This document shows positions 47,410-61,984 of a stretch of DNA of 64,000 nt, piece after piece. The notes under the pieces are model-generated. The model saw nothing but the letters and a program-made list of their open reading frames with translations. It was not told the DNA's origin and searched no databases. The position numbers and the translations under genes are program-made. Source of the DNA: the human T2T-CHM13v2.0 reference genome, Homo sapiens; NCBI RefSeq assembly GCF_009914755.1, contig NC_060932.1; one strand, written 5' to 3'. The stretch's first letter is position 1. Every line of letters starts with the position of its first letter.

Positions 47410-47712
<303 letters not shown>

Positions 47713-48218
47713 CTATAGGCTTTCAGAAAGAGTGTCTACCTCATCAGGTTGTTCTGTAGATTAACAAGTTAGTCTATAATCGATTACATTAATACATATA
47801 AGACATTTTGACCATTGCCTGGCACAGCATATAATAAGCACTCAATAGACAATTGCCTTCATTATTATCAGATGTATTCAAAATATCACACTCTCCAAGG
47901 CACTATTGAAAAACCGTCTGCCACTGTAACCTAACAATATATACTATGTATTTATTATTAGATAGAAATTTTTAATAGAGAAAGAATTACTACTTAATTT
48001 TCTGTAAAACTACAGTGCAAAGACATCTTGGTATGCATGGAAAGGTAAAATGTGATAAGCTGAAGACAGCAAACGCATATGAAAGCCTTTTGTCGGATGA
48101 GTAGTTCAGTATAAAACCAGACCATTTCGTGTTGTCTTTACCTTTTATGTCGTATGACATTCTGAAACTTAGAATGACTTCTCTCAGCAATACTCACAGC
48201 ATGCTTATCATGTTGCAG

Positions 48219-48343
48219 GAGATGTTCGGAATGACATTTATGTCACCCTGATCCACGGTGAGTTTGACAAAGGGAAGAAGAAGACGCCAAAGAATGTGGA
48301 GGTGACGATGTCTGTGCACGATGAGGAGGGCAAGCTCTTGGAG
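48219..48343 (+). CDS. DOCK5: DOCK5 exon 14 (125 nt; [42 protein letters not shown], start of DHR-1/C2)
   Basis: atgttgcag|GA GAT ... TTG GAG|gtgcgc; RNDIYVTL marks the DHR-1 start. Confidence 0.95.
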
Positions 48344-48771
48344 GTGCGCGGCATGGCCCAGAAATCCTGCTACCATCGCATCCGTCTTTACAATCACGAT
48401 AGAATTTTGGCCGTATTTCAATTCTTCTTTGCATCAGGATGGGTTTGATTTTTCCTGAGAAAAGAAATATAAAGCCTGTTAAATTTGTGATTAGCAGTGA
48501 GCAGTTTCACTAAGGAAGCTATCTAGACTCTTCTAGACTCTTATTTTTATATTTCTCCTGTGCTAAGAAATAGCTCCAGCCACTAATGATTTTATGTGTA
48601 AGCTTCCAATGCAGATGTTATTTATCGTTTTCAACTTAGTTAGCCACTTTCAAGCTTGATCAGTTCCTCTTAGGCTTGAGCTAAGTGGCCTGGGTGCTCG
48701 AATAGCATCAGAAAGCATGTTTCCTTCCCTGGGTGAGCAGAACCAAAGGAGATGTGCTCATCAGAGACTGA

Positions 48772-49122
<351 letters not shown>

Positions 49123-49269
49123 TACTCTTTAGTTTTAATGAACAGGAAACTGTAAGAAACTTTAAAAGGATGAGTTATTGTCTCTGGGAAACACAGGAGT
49201 TAGTGGCAGAGCTGGGAGGGTATCTAAGTATCCTGAATTCCAGTCCAGAGTTCCTCCAACTCTGGCAGC

Positions 49270-49822
<553 letters not shown>

Positions 49823-50786
49823 AATTAAGACAAGATCTAATGCAGGTATCTGCCAGCTTTCTGCCCACATAAAGAAGTGAGTCCCAATTCTGACATCAAA
49901 GAGGATAGGCAGGAGGTGGTCACAGGAGGCTGCATGGCCTCTGCTGAACTCCACCTCTTCTCGTATGAGCCGTAGTTAACTGCTTTGGTAACCAAGGACC
50001 AAGCTCTTGATTGACTTGACTCACTGAGTGTCCTGTTGCATAGTTGTTTGAGGCTACAATGAAATACAATTTCATCACTTGCCATGGATGTTATAATCTA
50101 TTAAGGAAGCAGATAGCTAGGCAGTTTACTAAGGCAAGTCGTATTCTGCATGAGAGGGAGAAACTGAATGCTATGAGCCACTGTATGAAAGTGCTTTATT
50201 TGTGCTGTTGATAAGAGCACATGAGCTCATTTCACGTAGACACCTTCTCCTGGTTGGTCATTTCGTTTGATAGTGCCCCACCAAGGCCTGGTTCTACTAA
50301 GCTCAGTGGTTCATGACCAGGAAAAGATGCAGCCCTGAGTTGAGTGAATATGCTGTGCCAATACCCTAAGTCCCTAAAACAGAATGTAGACAGGAAAAGA
50401 GAAATGCTTTTCTGCAAATAGCGGCGCGTCTGCAGTTGTCACCTAACTTCTCGTCATCGTCATGTTCCCTGAGAGAGAAGAGGAAAGAATCAGAGGAGAA
50501 TGCATGCCTGGGGAGGGAAGAGAAAATACAAGTTACAGGAAAGAAGAATATTTAGGCGGTGCTGGGTTCCTTAGCTGCTACCAAATTGATATTATAGACC
50601 CTTGAATAAAGTGGTGGAAATTCAGTCTTCTCTGTTCTTCATCCCCCAAACTTAATCAGCCGATCAGTGCCAGTGTAGGGCATGTGTGGACGTGTTTGGG
50701 GGTGAGGGGCTTGTGCATGGTATATGGGGTCCTCTTACTTTTCTAAACAAAATTATTCCCTTCTAATTTTTTCCTTCCATCTGAAG

Positions 50787-50885
50787 AAAGCAATTCACCC
50801 TGGTGCTGGATATGAAGGCATTTCAGAATACAAATCAGTAGTCTATTACCAAGTCAAGCAGCCCTGTTGGTATGAGACTGTCAAG
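50787..50885 (+). CDS. DOCK5: DOCK5 exon 15 (99 nt; [33 protein letters not shown])
   Basis: ccatctgaag|AAA GCA ... GTC AAG|gtgaga. Confidence 0.95.
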
Positions 50886-52188
50886 GTGAGAATGAGTCAT
50901 TTGTAACCCCTGTTATCTGTTAAACCTCAGTTAGATTCCTATCTTCTGTTTACCCCCAAATTATTCCTACTTTATTTTGAAATTTTTAGATAAGTTGCCT
51001 ATGGTGTGCAGTAAGAAATGAATCAGTAATTATAATTCTGTATTAAGAGCATTTATCATTAAGAAACTCAGTGATGTATGAGAATTTGAATAGCAAAGCT
51101 TGTGGTTGACGTGATGGATATAATAGACTGCCAAGATGGTACAAAACCAAACAGAAATTTTCACACTGTGCAAACAGTTTCCTAACATTTTTTTATTCTT
51201 GGCCTCTCACCAAGTGTTCTGGGCCTCTTTTCAACTTCAATATGTGTATTACACATTCCAAAGTGCTTTTCAGATCAGTCATCTCCTTTGAGCCCCACAA
51301 GGGCTCTGCAACTAGAACAAGCAGGTGTTGTAACGCCATCTTTCATATTAGGTACTGAAGTTCAAAGTTCAGTGACTTCCCAGGATCCTAGAGCTGACTG
51401 GTATCAGGGCCCAAACTAGAGTCCACTTCTTCTGAATCCCGGGCTCCATCAGCTCTTTCTGGTTGTCGAAGTCACACGAGTTCTTCATAGAAAAAAAAAT
51501 TTTTTAATTGCATTCATATATCTCAATTTAGAATTAACCATTTTCAACAGTTTTCTATAGTTCATATGTTTTGAATGATGCTGTTGATACAAATTTATAT
51601 TGTGCTTTTTAAAACTACTTATCTCAATGCATATAAATTCTTCAGATATGTATTTTAGATACTTGCATAAGGTTCCAAAGTATAATCATGCCATGATTTG
51701 ACTGCACACCACAAATCTCTGCTCGTTTGAGTGCCCTAAGGCTCTGTTTCTTCTCTCCCCTGTAGATAGGTAAGCAGCAGAAAACTGCTTTATGAGCCCT
51801 AATTATTACCTTTCCCCCTCTTTATGGAATAATCAGGTCTTATAGATCCAATTATTACTATATTTATACACATCTTGCAGTCTGAAAGATCCTGTGTGGA
51901 CCTCAAAATACCAGTATTTCCCCTCTGAAGTATTACTGTTTCTTACTTCAGAAAATGCTAGAAATTCACAGTATCCCTATGCTCAGAATCTATGATAAAC
52001 AGCAAGATGATCTGAGATTCTTTTGATTTGAAAATAGCTCAGTCTCCTTTGAATGAAACCTATACCAAATCTCACTCTCTAGTAATTTGTGCTGTGGAAA
52101 GTATAAAATTGAGCCTAATTCCATGAAATAAACCATGCTTGCAAAGTACTGTGTGTCTGTAAACTATTAATTTCTTACTATGACACAG

Positions 52189-52261
52189 GTATCCATTGCT
52201 ATAGAAGAAGTCACACGCTGTCATATAAGATTTACCTTCCGACACAGGTCATCTCAGGAAA
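52189..52261 (+). CDS. DOCK5: DOCK5 exon 16 (73 nt; VSIAIEEVTRCHIRFTFRHRSSQE)
   Basis: tatgacacag|GTA TCC ... GAA A|gtaagt. Confidence 0.95.
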
Positions 52262-52504
52262 GTAAGTATTAAGACGTCTATGACATATTTCCACTTAAAA
52301 AAAATTTGCTCTGGCTTGACAGCCATCTTGTGAAGCTGGAGAACAAGATATTTGGAAACTAGAGACTTGGCAGCTGTATTTTGTAACTCACTGGTGCTAA
52401 GGAAATCAGCATAATGAATTTTGCTGGGCGTGCAAGGTCTGTGTTGTCACTCTATATTAGGATTTCCTCAAAATGTGTTTTGTGAACACTAATATTCTCA
52501 AAGA

Positions 52505-52996
52505 CAGCAGTCCTCAATCTTTGGCACCAGAGACTGGTTTTGTGAAAGCCAGTTTTTCCAAGGACCAGGGGTGGGGTGATGGTTTCAGGGTAATTCAAGC
52601 ACATTACATTTATTGTTTTCTTTATTCTTATTACATTGTAATATATAATGAAATAATTATACAACTCACCATAATGTAGAATCAGTGGGAGCCCTGAGCT
52701 TGTTTTCCTGCAACGAGACAGTTCAGATCATCAGGCATTAGATTTCCACAAGGAATGTGCAACCTAGATCCCTTGCATGCACAGGTCACAATAGGGTTCG
52801 GCTCCTGTGAGAATCTAACGCTGCTGCTGATCCAACAGGAGGCGGAGCTCAGGTGATAATGCGAGCAGTGGGGAGCAGCTGTGAAGACAGATGAAGCTTT
52901 GCTTGCTCCTCCGCCGCTTACCTCCTGCTGTGTAGCCCAGTTCCTAACAGGCCACAGACTGGTATGGGTTTATGGCCTGGGGTTTGAGGTCCCCTG
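52505..52996. mobile_element. MER1A (hAT-Charlie)
   Basis: cagcagtcctcaatctttggcaccag..ggggtttgaggtcccctg; 8-bp TSD ctcaaaga / ctctaaga. Confidence 0.88.
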
Positions 52997-53690
52997 CTCT
53001 AAGATGCTACTAGATGCTCTATAACAAAAAGTGTTGTATTTCACAATCAAATAGGTATAGGAAAGGCTATATATACATTGTATCTCCCTCCTAGACGTTC
53101 ACAATGCGTGTTGCCATGTTGCAGTAGCAAGAAAACTCTTTATTCACTTGTCTCCCCAAATTATCATTTTTCTCATGAAAAAACTCTTTCAAGTCTTAGG
53201 TCACAGTTCTTGAAATGGCTACACTAAAGTGTAAGCAGAGAAGAAAATTGATTGTTTTCAGATTGATCACAAAATTTCTGGAATCGTCTTATTCTCATTT
53301 CGCACTGCATAAAAATGTAACCCCTCCTTCCAAAAATGCATGTGTTGAACACCATCTACACAACAGGCTGCAGGCGAGGCCCTGGTCTATGACAGCCAGC
53401 TGGACACTCCCACGCAGAGTCTTTGTGGTCTGGTTAGGAAGATGAACGAAAAAGTGGGTGGTTATGTACGGAATAGTATGATATGTACATTACAAGGGGC
53501 AAAGACTTGTAATGGAAGCGTAGCACAGCACCTTACCCAGTCTGGGGGATTTATGCATATGACCTCCTACATCTTAGCTGAGACTTGAAGGTGAGTAGAA
53601 ATTAGCCCAGTGAAGGGTGATGGGAGAAGTGTGTTTGGAGAACCAAATGAACTCAGTATGGCTAAAGCAGGACCAGTGGAGCAATAATAG

Positions 53691-53771
53691 TATCAGGTTG
53701 AATCGTGTGAAATTGGCATTTTTTAGGTCTAAATGGCCAAATATCAGCCATTTCATATGGTTCTGCATAAT
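53691..53771. mobile_element. MADE2 (mariner MITE)
   Basis: tcaggttgaatcgtgtgaaattggc..gccatttcatatggttctgcataa. Confidence 0.7.
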
Positions 53772-53809
53772 AACTAACAATTGTCAATTAACAATTAACA
53801 AAGATCAAG

Positions 53810-54010
53810 TTTGTATGAAGTATTATGTGAAGCTATATTTGTACATGGTCCTGTTTAGTATCCACAATAATATAACAAGGTACATTCTACTTTTATCTAC
53901 ATTTATACACAAAGAAACTAAGGCATGGAGAGGTTAGGCACTTGCCTGTGGTCACAAGGCTAGCATATGACCAGGCTGGGTTAGCACCCAGACAATCTGA
54001 TTCTAGCTGG
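53810..54010 (-). mobile_element. MIR
   Basis: aagaaactaaggcatggagaggttaggcacttgcctgtggtcaca. Confidence 0.7.
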
Positions 54011-54559
54011 GCTGGAGCCGGATCATGAAGGCTGAAGATGTTTTTCAGCCATGTTAAGGAGGTGCAATTCAAGGGTGGTTTCTGGTTTTGAGGTTTTGGG
54101 AGGGGTTGGTCTATGTTCATAACAGCTTCACCCATAGTACTCCAACACTAGAATAGCCTAAATCCCCATCAATAGGAGAATGGATAAACAAATTGAGGTA
54201 TGATCATACAATGGATGACTACTCCACCACTGTGGGGACCCAAGGGGCACAGCAGACCACAGAGCCGTGCCTATGATAAAAACAGGCCACAGGTTACCCT
54301 ACTCAGAGCCACTGAAGCAGGGGACCCGGTGAGTTCAGAGACTGGCCCCGAAGACCAAGAGAGAGGAGCTCTGCCTCCTCATGAAGCTGCACCCTCCTCC
54401 CAGCTGCCACAGGGCATGCAGATCTTCTTTCCTGGCACTGGAGCTGGTATTCTGGGGAGGAAGGGGAAAGAAACTTTGGGCAGCACCATAAACCCTAGAG
54501 TAGAATAAATATCTTGCAGAGCCTGTTTTAGAGCAACATAAATTGAGATCTCTCATTCA

Positions 54560-54900
54560 AGTGTTTTGAAGCAGCGTGGTTGACATGATTGGATTGGACT
54601 TTGGAAACCTCATTCCAACATAGAGAATGTGTTTGGTGGGAGAGCCTAGAGACAGAGAGATGCGCTGGGAAGGTCTTGTAGAAATAAAGAGAAGAGGTGA
54701 GTGTGGCCTGAAGTCAGGAAGGACAGCAAGATGGAGAGAGAAGAGACAGGCTCCAGAGCTGTTTAGGACATGGAGTTGACGTGGGGTGGAGTTGGTGTCA
54801 ACACCCACATTTCTGATTTGGATGACTGGGCAGATGCTAGTCTCATTTATTAGGGGATGTAGGAAGAGGAGAGCATACTTGGGGGTGCCAGGCAGTTTCA
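54560..54900. mobile_element. L2 fragment
   Basis: gtgttttgaagcag..gacatgattggatt..atttctgatttggatgactggg. Confidence 0.6.
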
Positions 54901-55056
54901 GTGGCACATGGTACGTGGCTTATTGCAGTTTGCTCAGTTGTGCTTATTAGAATATGGTTGAACGCTGCACCCCCGAGCAAAATGTGAAATCGTGTCATAG
55001 CCATCGCCTCCTGGTGTCTCTCTGCACTGCTCAGACATGTCTTTCTGCTTTTTCAG

Positions 55057-55160
55057 CCAGAGATAAATCGGAGCGAGCATTTGGGGTGGCCTTCGTGAAG
55101 CTGATGAACCCGGATGGCACCACTCTGCAGGATGGGAGGCACGATCTGGTGGTTTATAAG
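55057..55160 (+). CDS. DOCK5: DOCK5 exon 17 (104 nt; TRDKSERAFGVAFVKLMNPDGTTLQDGRHDLVVYK)
   Basis: gctttttcag|CC AGA ... TAT AAG|gtggtg; DGTTLxDGxHDLxVYK DHR-1 motif. Confidence 0.96.
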
Positions 55161-55861
55161 GTGGTGCTAACAGAAAATGGCTGAGAAAAATACTCCCTTT
55201 CAAATGAGCATTTAAGACTCCTTTCATATTTATTTGTACAAACATCAGAAACCTTTCTAGAGCTTTCTGTACTTGCCCATTAACATCTAGAAACCCAGAG
55301 GGCTCTGGGCCCTCCAGCTTTGTGGTTTCCCACCTGCTTTCTGGAGAGAGTGAGTTGCATTATTACTGAGTCTTCTAAGGAGGCTCTCACCTCCTTAGAC
55401 CTCTCACGGGAGAGGTCCTGTGAATGGTGTTCCCTAGCAGTGAATGGTAAGGGGTCGGCCTCTCATGATCTGCTCTTTTCATCATCCTGCATGGCACATG
55501 GACAGGTGCACTGTTGGGCTTCAGTAGTGTGTGGTGGATATGGTTTTCCCATCACCATGAGCCACATACTATTTCTGTGCTCTGGGGGCCTTATTTCCTT
55601 CCCTGAAAGTTTTGTCTTTGTTCTTGCCTTCCAACTGATGCTGAGCTCCCACTTCTACTGAGATTTTAGAGTATAAAGTAGATGCTGGAAGATCTCATTT
55701 GGCCAACAATATCTGGGGATTTCCCCACAGTTGGCTGCTCTTTTGAGATGCATCTACCTGAGGAATATTTTTCTTAACATCTTAGTTTATGAATCATTTT
55801 GGAAGGGATGGCAAGCTAATTCTTCTTCCATCAACCCAATAAAGTATAATTGTCCCCATTT

Positions 55862-56261
55862 TTTAATTACACTTCAAGTTTTAGGGTACATGTGCACAAC
55901 GTGCAGGTTTGTTACAGATGTATACATGTGCCATGTTGGTGTGCTGCACCCATTAACTTGCCATTTAACATTAGGTATATCTCCTAATGCTATCCCTCCC
56001 CCCTCCCCGCCCCCGCCACAACAGGCCCTGGTGTGTGATGTTCCCCTTCCTGTGTCCATGTGTTCTCATTGTTCAATTCCCACCTATGAGTGAGAACATG
56101 CGGTGTTTGGTTTTTTGTCCTTGCGATAGTTTGCTGAGAATGATGGTTTCCAGCTTCATCCATGTCCCTACAAAGGACATGAACTCATCCTTTTTTATGG
56201 CTGCATAGTATTCCATGGTGTATATGTGCCATATTTTCTTAATCCAGTCTATCATTGTTGG
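55862..56261 (-). mobile_element. 5'-truncated L1PA 3' end
   Basis: Primate L1 3'UTR and ORF2 end (IYTMEYYAAIKKDEFMSFVGTWMKLETIILSKLSQGQKTKHRMFSLIGGN); TSD aattgtccccattt at 55848-55861 / 56262-56275. Confidence 0.93.
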
Positions 56262-56572
56262 AATTGTCCCCATTTAGAGACTGAAGAAAATGAAATTTAA
56301 CCTTATTCTGAAATATGTGTATTTACTCTAACAGAGACTAGGATATTCTGGTTTCTAGTTCACAACTTATTCTGTTTCCATTCAATCATGAAATTATTTC
56401 TGGGCTCAATGTTTACAGAAAGATATCAGAGTATCTCAGAGGTGGAAGGGATCTTCAGGATAAATTGATAAGTCCACGCTTCTCATGCTGAAAATGCATG
56501 ATAGAAATTGTTTTTATTTGCATATAAGAGATTTTGGCCATCATTTGGTGTTCCTAACATGCTTCCTTTTAG

Positions 56573-56756
56573 GGTGACAACAAAAAAATGGAAGATGCTA
56601 AATTCTACCTGACCCTGCCTGGAACCAAGATGGAGATGGAAGAAAAAGAGCTTCAAGCATCTAAAAACCTGGTCACCTTCACCCCAAGCAAGGATAGCAC
56701 TAAAGACAGCTTTCAGATTGCCACCCTCATCTGCTCCACAAAGCTCACCCAGAATG
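56573..56756 (+). CDS. DOCK5: DOCK5 exon 18 (184 nt; GDNKKMEDAKFYLTLPGTKMEMEEKELQASKNLVTFTPSKDSTKDSFQIATLICSTKLTQN)
   Basis: ttccttttag|GGT ... AAT G|gtagga; CSTKLTQN closes DHR-1. Confidence 0.96.
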
Positions 56757-58189
56757 GTAGGAGTGGTGAATACACTGACACAAATAAGCTTCTTGCTCAG
56801 CCTTTCTGGGCTCCTTGGTTAGGCTCACAGGGCTGGACTATATGGGGCTGGGTCTTATTAGGTAGGATGTTGGCCAATTGGATTCTGCTCTCTGCTTTTC
56901 AAGTGGTATTCTGGGTAGTGCTGATCACATTGCACAGCCTCTTCTGAAGTTTCATCGTCCACTTTAGAGCAGGATGAAAAACATTTTAGTATTTAATATC
57001 ATAAAACCTATAAATGCATTTATTAACAGCAACTGTAAAATTCAAAAGCCGTATGTTCCCTGATAGTGCATTCTGTGTAGTATGTGCAGGAAGAGATGTT
57101 GGTAGTAAGAGGAGGAGCTTGGCAAAGAAATATAATCAGTTTCCTGTCCAAACAGGTATGGCAGGGCTTCCTGTTTGAGTTCTGTCCTTCCCTCCTATAT
57201 TCTCTTCTTTCCCATTTTTTTCCAAGCAGTCAGGGATTTTCCATAAATTCAGCTGAATAGTTCAAAGAGGGATTCATTTGGTTTTTCCTTCAAATCTCTG
57301 ATATCAATTTTAACCTCTCTTGTGTAGATTATGACATGTGCTAGCCAATATCAACTTCTTATTTATTTAACTTAAGTAATGTGTAAGGAACCCTACTGGA
57401 TGTAGTAAACCAAGAATGAGCTGCCTAGGGGACTTGCGCTAGAAATTCTGTCTCCCATATGCTGTGTAGAGACTGTTGCCTTTGGCCTTGTAGACAGTTT
57501 GAGTGAGGTACAGGCAAGAGCTCTGCCTTAAGGGGTGCCAAGATAGACAAAAAAGTGTAGTTATAGGGTAAACCCAGGGATCAGATCCCTGATCTTTAGA
57601 AGGGCTCAGTGTTAGGTTTGTTTCAACAAGTCGTGGTTGACAAAAAGATAAGGATTGTATTTCAACTTGGACAAGTGGCTAGACTCCACAGAGTGAAGTT
57701 TAGGGCTAATCCGTATGTGCAAGTAAAAGCATCCTCACCAAAAATGAAGCCAGAAACATAAAAGACGTGACAAAACCGTCAGCAACATACCCCGTGTTAT
57801 GGACAAAGCGAATCCATTAACAATGAACTGCTGGTAGGTTAATGGGTACAACATTTATGGAAGATAATTTAGAAGGCATATCAAGGAGTTTAACTGTCTT
57901 CAGACCCTTTGAGCCTGTGATTTGATTCCTGGAAGTTGCACTTAAGTAAACAATGAGAGATGGACACGAAGATTTATGTACAAGGATGTTGTTTCCCTAT
58001 TATTTGTAACAGGGAAATACTGGAAACAACCCAAATGTCTGATAGTCAGGGTCAGTTTAACCACGTTTTATAATATAATTAAGTGATGAAATATATGCAG
58101 CTGCTAAATATGGTATTTCAAAACATAGTGAAGGACACGGTGAACTTTTTAACACTATATACAGTATGATCCCAGTTTTATTTAAGTAT

Positions 58190-58400
58190 ATGTGAGCAAC
58201 CTGCAGGCAGATTGCCTGGCTTCAAATCCCAGCTCTGCCATTTACTAGCTGTTTCATCTTGGGCAAGTGACTTGATATCTCTGTGAATTGGTTTCCTTGT
58301 CTTTCAAATGGGAGCAATAATAGTATCTATTTCAAAGAATGCAGTAAATTAAAACACGTAAAAACTCACATTCGATCTATATAGTGAACACTATAATGTC
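58190..58400 (+). mobile_element. MIR
   Basis: ttcaaatcccagctctgccatttactagctg..ttgggcaagtgactt. Confidence 0.75.
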
Positions 58401-58871
58401 AGCTATCACGATCATCATCACTATTTGTACACAGAAAACGATGAATAGGACTAACCCAAAGTTTGATAATTCTTGTTTTCTTTATTCTTTTTGGTATTTT
58501 CCAAATTTTTAACTATGAAATGTCAAAATGTTATTTTTTAAACTAAGTATGGTAGTATACTATATAAAGCATTAATGTTCTTTTAAAACTATCAAGGGAT
58601 ATTTGAGAGGGATAACACTTATTGAACATCTAGTAGATTATCCTTTCTGGACTACAGATTAAAGAAGAATAAAGAAAACAAGAATAAAAGTTTGTGAAAT
58701 TAACTAGTAATGAAAAGCAAAAGGAATTTCTGTTAGAGATAACCATATTGTTACATTGTTTGTTATCTCCCTGTCAAAAATGTAGGGTTTCCTGACAACC
58801 CGCAGTTCTCAATGTAGACCCTTCGTTTGCTGATACATCTACTTCACCCCATCTTCTGAATGTTCTTAACT

Positions 58872-59376
58872 AGCCTGTACTGTCCCGATATGGTAGCCCC
58901 CAGACACATGTAGCTTGTAAAATTTAAATTAATTAAAATTGGAGGGTGGGGAGATTGGGGAGAAGTTGGACAAAAGGTACAAAAGCTCAATTAGACAAGA
59001 GGGATAAGTTCAAGAGATCTGTTATATATCCTCGTGTCTATAGTTAATAGTATAGTGTATACTTGAAAATTGGTAAGAGAGTAGATTTTAAGTGTTCTCA
59101 CCACCAAACAATAAGTGAGATAATGTGTGTGTTAATTACCTTGATTTACCCTTCTACCGTGTGTGTGTGTGTGTCAGAACATCATGTTGTACACTGCAAA
59201 TACATACAATTTTTATTTGTTAATTAAATTTTATTAATAAAATTAAATTATAAATCAGTCCGCTAGTTGCCCTAGTCGCATTTCAAGCATTCTGGTCTTC
59301 TGCAGCTGGTGAGTTTTGTGTTGGGCAGACGGATATACATTTTCATCATCACAGAATGTTCCTTTGGATGACACTG
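58872..59376. mobile_element. MER33/MER3-like hAT element interrupted by an L1MA 3' end (~58941-59230, +)
   Basis: ctgtcccgatatggtagcc.. / ..ttggatgacactg ends; L1MA motif tacttgaaaattggtaagagagtagattttaagtgttctcacc. Confidence 0.7.
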
Positions 59377-61984
59377 TATGCTTTATTTTGTCATCCTTAT
59401 TCCTGATGTTTTGATTAAAAAAAAAGACAAACTCATCATAACACATACAAAAAAAGTCAGAAGTAATATCTTATTACAAAGAAGGGTTAAAAAGGCAAAC
59501 CTTGTCTGAGTCAGAGAGGAGTGAGCTGCCATCCAAACAGACTGCGAGCAGGGAGAGGGAACAGGGTACAGAGAGGGAAAGACGGAGACTTGGCAAAGGC
59601 ATCACGAGCATCAGGGAAAATGGGGTATTCCAGGGACAAATGATTGCAGATTATTCATGCATTTGCTTTCTTCTGACTTGATGGAAATTATAAAGAATGA
59701 ATTTGATTTAATAAAAAGCTGAAGAACATTAATAAGCCATCAGCTAATTCTGTGAGGGTGTTGACTGAGTAGAGAGGGTAGCAGTGTTCTCACTGAGAGG
59801 GTGAACAAAGGCATTTCTCCTTCGCCTGAGGAGAGTTATTCAGACTCAAAAGGTTAAAAGCCACTGGAGTTTTAACAAACAGATCTTGGAGACTCTTTTG
59901 TTTACTTGATTTGTTTTTTAGAAACTAAAACAGACCAATTTGTGTGGGATCATTGGTTTCTGGGCCCACTGGAAGGTAAGAATAGATTTGTTTTCCAGGA
60001 AAAAGAGAGGAATGTGCAGGTCCCCAGAGGTGCGTGGCCTTGGGCCAGGAGGTTCATACTCAGTCAGTCATTGCACCCTCCAGCACCAACTTTGCCAGAT
60101 CATCTCCAGCTTATTGATCAGAAAATTGAGTTTTAAAGTGGCAAAAAATCTTTCTTAAGCTCCTAAGTCGTGGACTTGTATTTTGAAAGCAGCTCTTTGT
60201 AGCTCCAAACAGTTTATAGTTTATCGTTTTGCAGTTACAGAGTCTCCAAGATCTGTTTGTTACGAACTCCAGTGACTTTTAACCTTTTGAGTCTGAATAG
60301 CTTTGTCTTTCTTTTCTCTTTAAAAGTATGTGTTCTTAAATTCTCTCCTTTAGGGTAGAAGGCAGTTACTACCCTAAATGTGGGGATTGTTATTCTCTTG
60401 CTTCTCTTTATAGTTTTGCCACATCTGTAGCCCTTAAGGTATATTGTTTCATTTTGCATTTTTTAATTTTATGTTAATAAATTAAATTATGAGTCAGTCC
60501 CTTAGTTGCCCTAGCCACATTTCAAGTGCTCAGTAATCTCCTGCAGCTGGCAACTTTTGCATGCCACCTTACTTATTTTTCGGTGGTGAGAACACTCAAA
60601 ATCTATTCTCTTAGCAATTTTCAAGTATACAGTATACAGTACTATACAGTCTACAGTATTAATGTAGTTAATAATTGAACTGTCTAATTGAAGTCTTGTG
60701 TCACGTGTGAAATCATGTAACTTGCGCTTTTACTCAGCATTACTGAAGATTTGAAATATCCTGAATTCTTACACATTTCTGACAAGAATGTAAAATGAGG
60801 ACAGTGACTTTGCATAATATTTAATATGGTTGAAGATATTCTTCCTGATGCCCCAGAAATCCCACCTTAGTTTTCTACCCCAGAGAAGCTGCTCTACCTG
60901 TATACCAGGAGACGTATGAGAATGTTCATGGCGGAATTGCTTATGATAGCAAAAAAACTAGAGACAACCCACGTGTTTATCAGCAGCAGAGTGGATAAAC
61001 AAATTGTGTACACCCATACAATTGAATAGACACTATACAGCGAGAAAAAAAATTAACTAGAGCTACATGGATAAACCTGTATAAATCTTAGAAACACAGC
61101 AAGCATGGGGCTCTTTCTGTAACCCCGTGTCACTGCTCTCCTGGCCCTAAGACCTTAACAATTCACCAGATGCCAAAATATTTTCCTATGTGAGCAGTGA
61201 TCTGGCATGCAGATATCACTAGGAAATAAACCTCTGGGCTGATAGATGGGTACTTTGCCAGAGCTGAAGCTGCTGGGTGAATATTCACCCCTGGTGAAGG
61301 GACTAAATCCTTTTCCTCCAGCAGCTATGAGTCAAGTGATGGAATGAGTGATACCTTCGACTAGCCTGTGACAGAAATAAGAGCTGGAGAATATGGAAGT
61401 AGATGGTGCCTAGTGGATGAATGAATATATTAATGATTGGGTTGAGCATATTATCAGTTTCCTTAGGGCTACTGGTTCCCTTTCCGTTCATTCATTTATT
61501 CCTTCATCAAACATGTATTGAACACCTAATAGATGGCTAGTACTAAGGCAAGATAAAAGAATGAATACTATATGATTCCTGCCTTCAAATGGCTGAGAAC
61601 TATGGGAAGAGTCAAGGAGATACCAAGTACATCTTACCAAATACATAGTATTTCTGGGTATTTCAGGCAAAGGGAAGAATATACACAAAGACACAGAGAT
61701 ATTTCAGAACCTGCCATGGTTGGGCTGTAGTGATTGGATTTCTCTGACTGCTAAAGGGTAAAAGAGAATGGTGGTGGTTGGAAGTATGCAGGAGTGATAT
61801 AGGTGGGGCCTTATTACATTCTCTATGTGGCATTGGAAGTTTATCCTGTAGACACGAGGAATCCCTAGGCACTAGGTTTTGGAGGGTGTTGATAAACACC
61901 CTCAAGAAGGACTTTGACTATTTATGAAAAATACATGTGTAACTACTTATATATTTCTACAAATTCATTGATTGAAAAATATCA

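Noticed and set aside
56073-56273. ORF resembling a real protein
   Set aside because: C-terminus of L1 ORF2 in a 400-bp 5'-truncated L1PA; non-autonomous.
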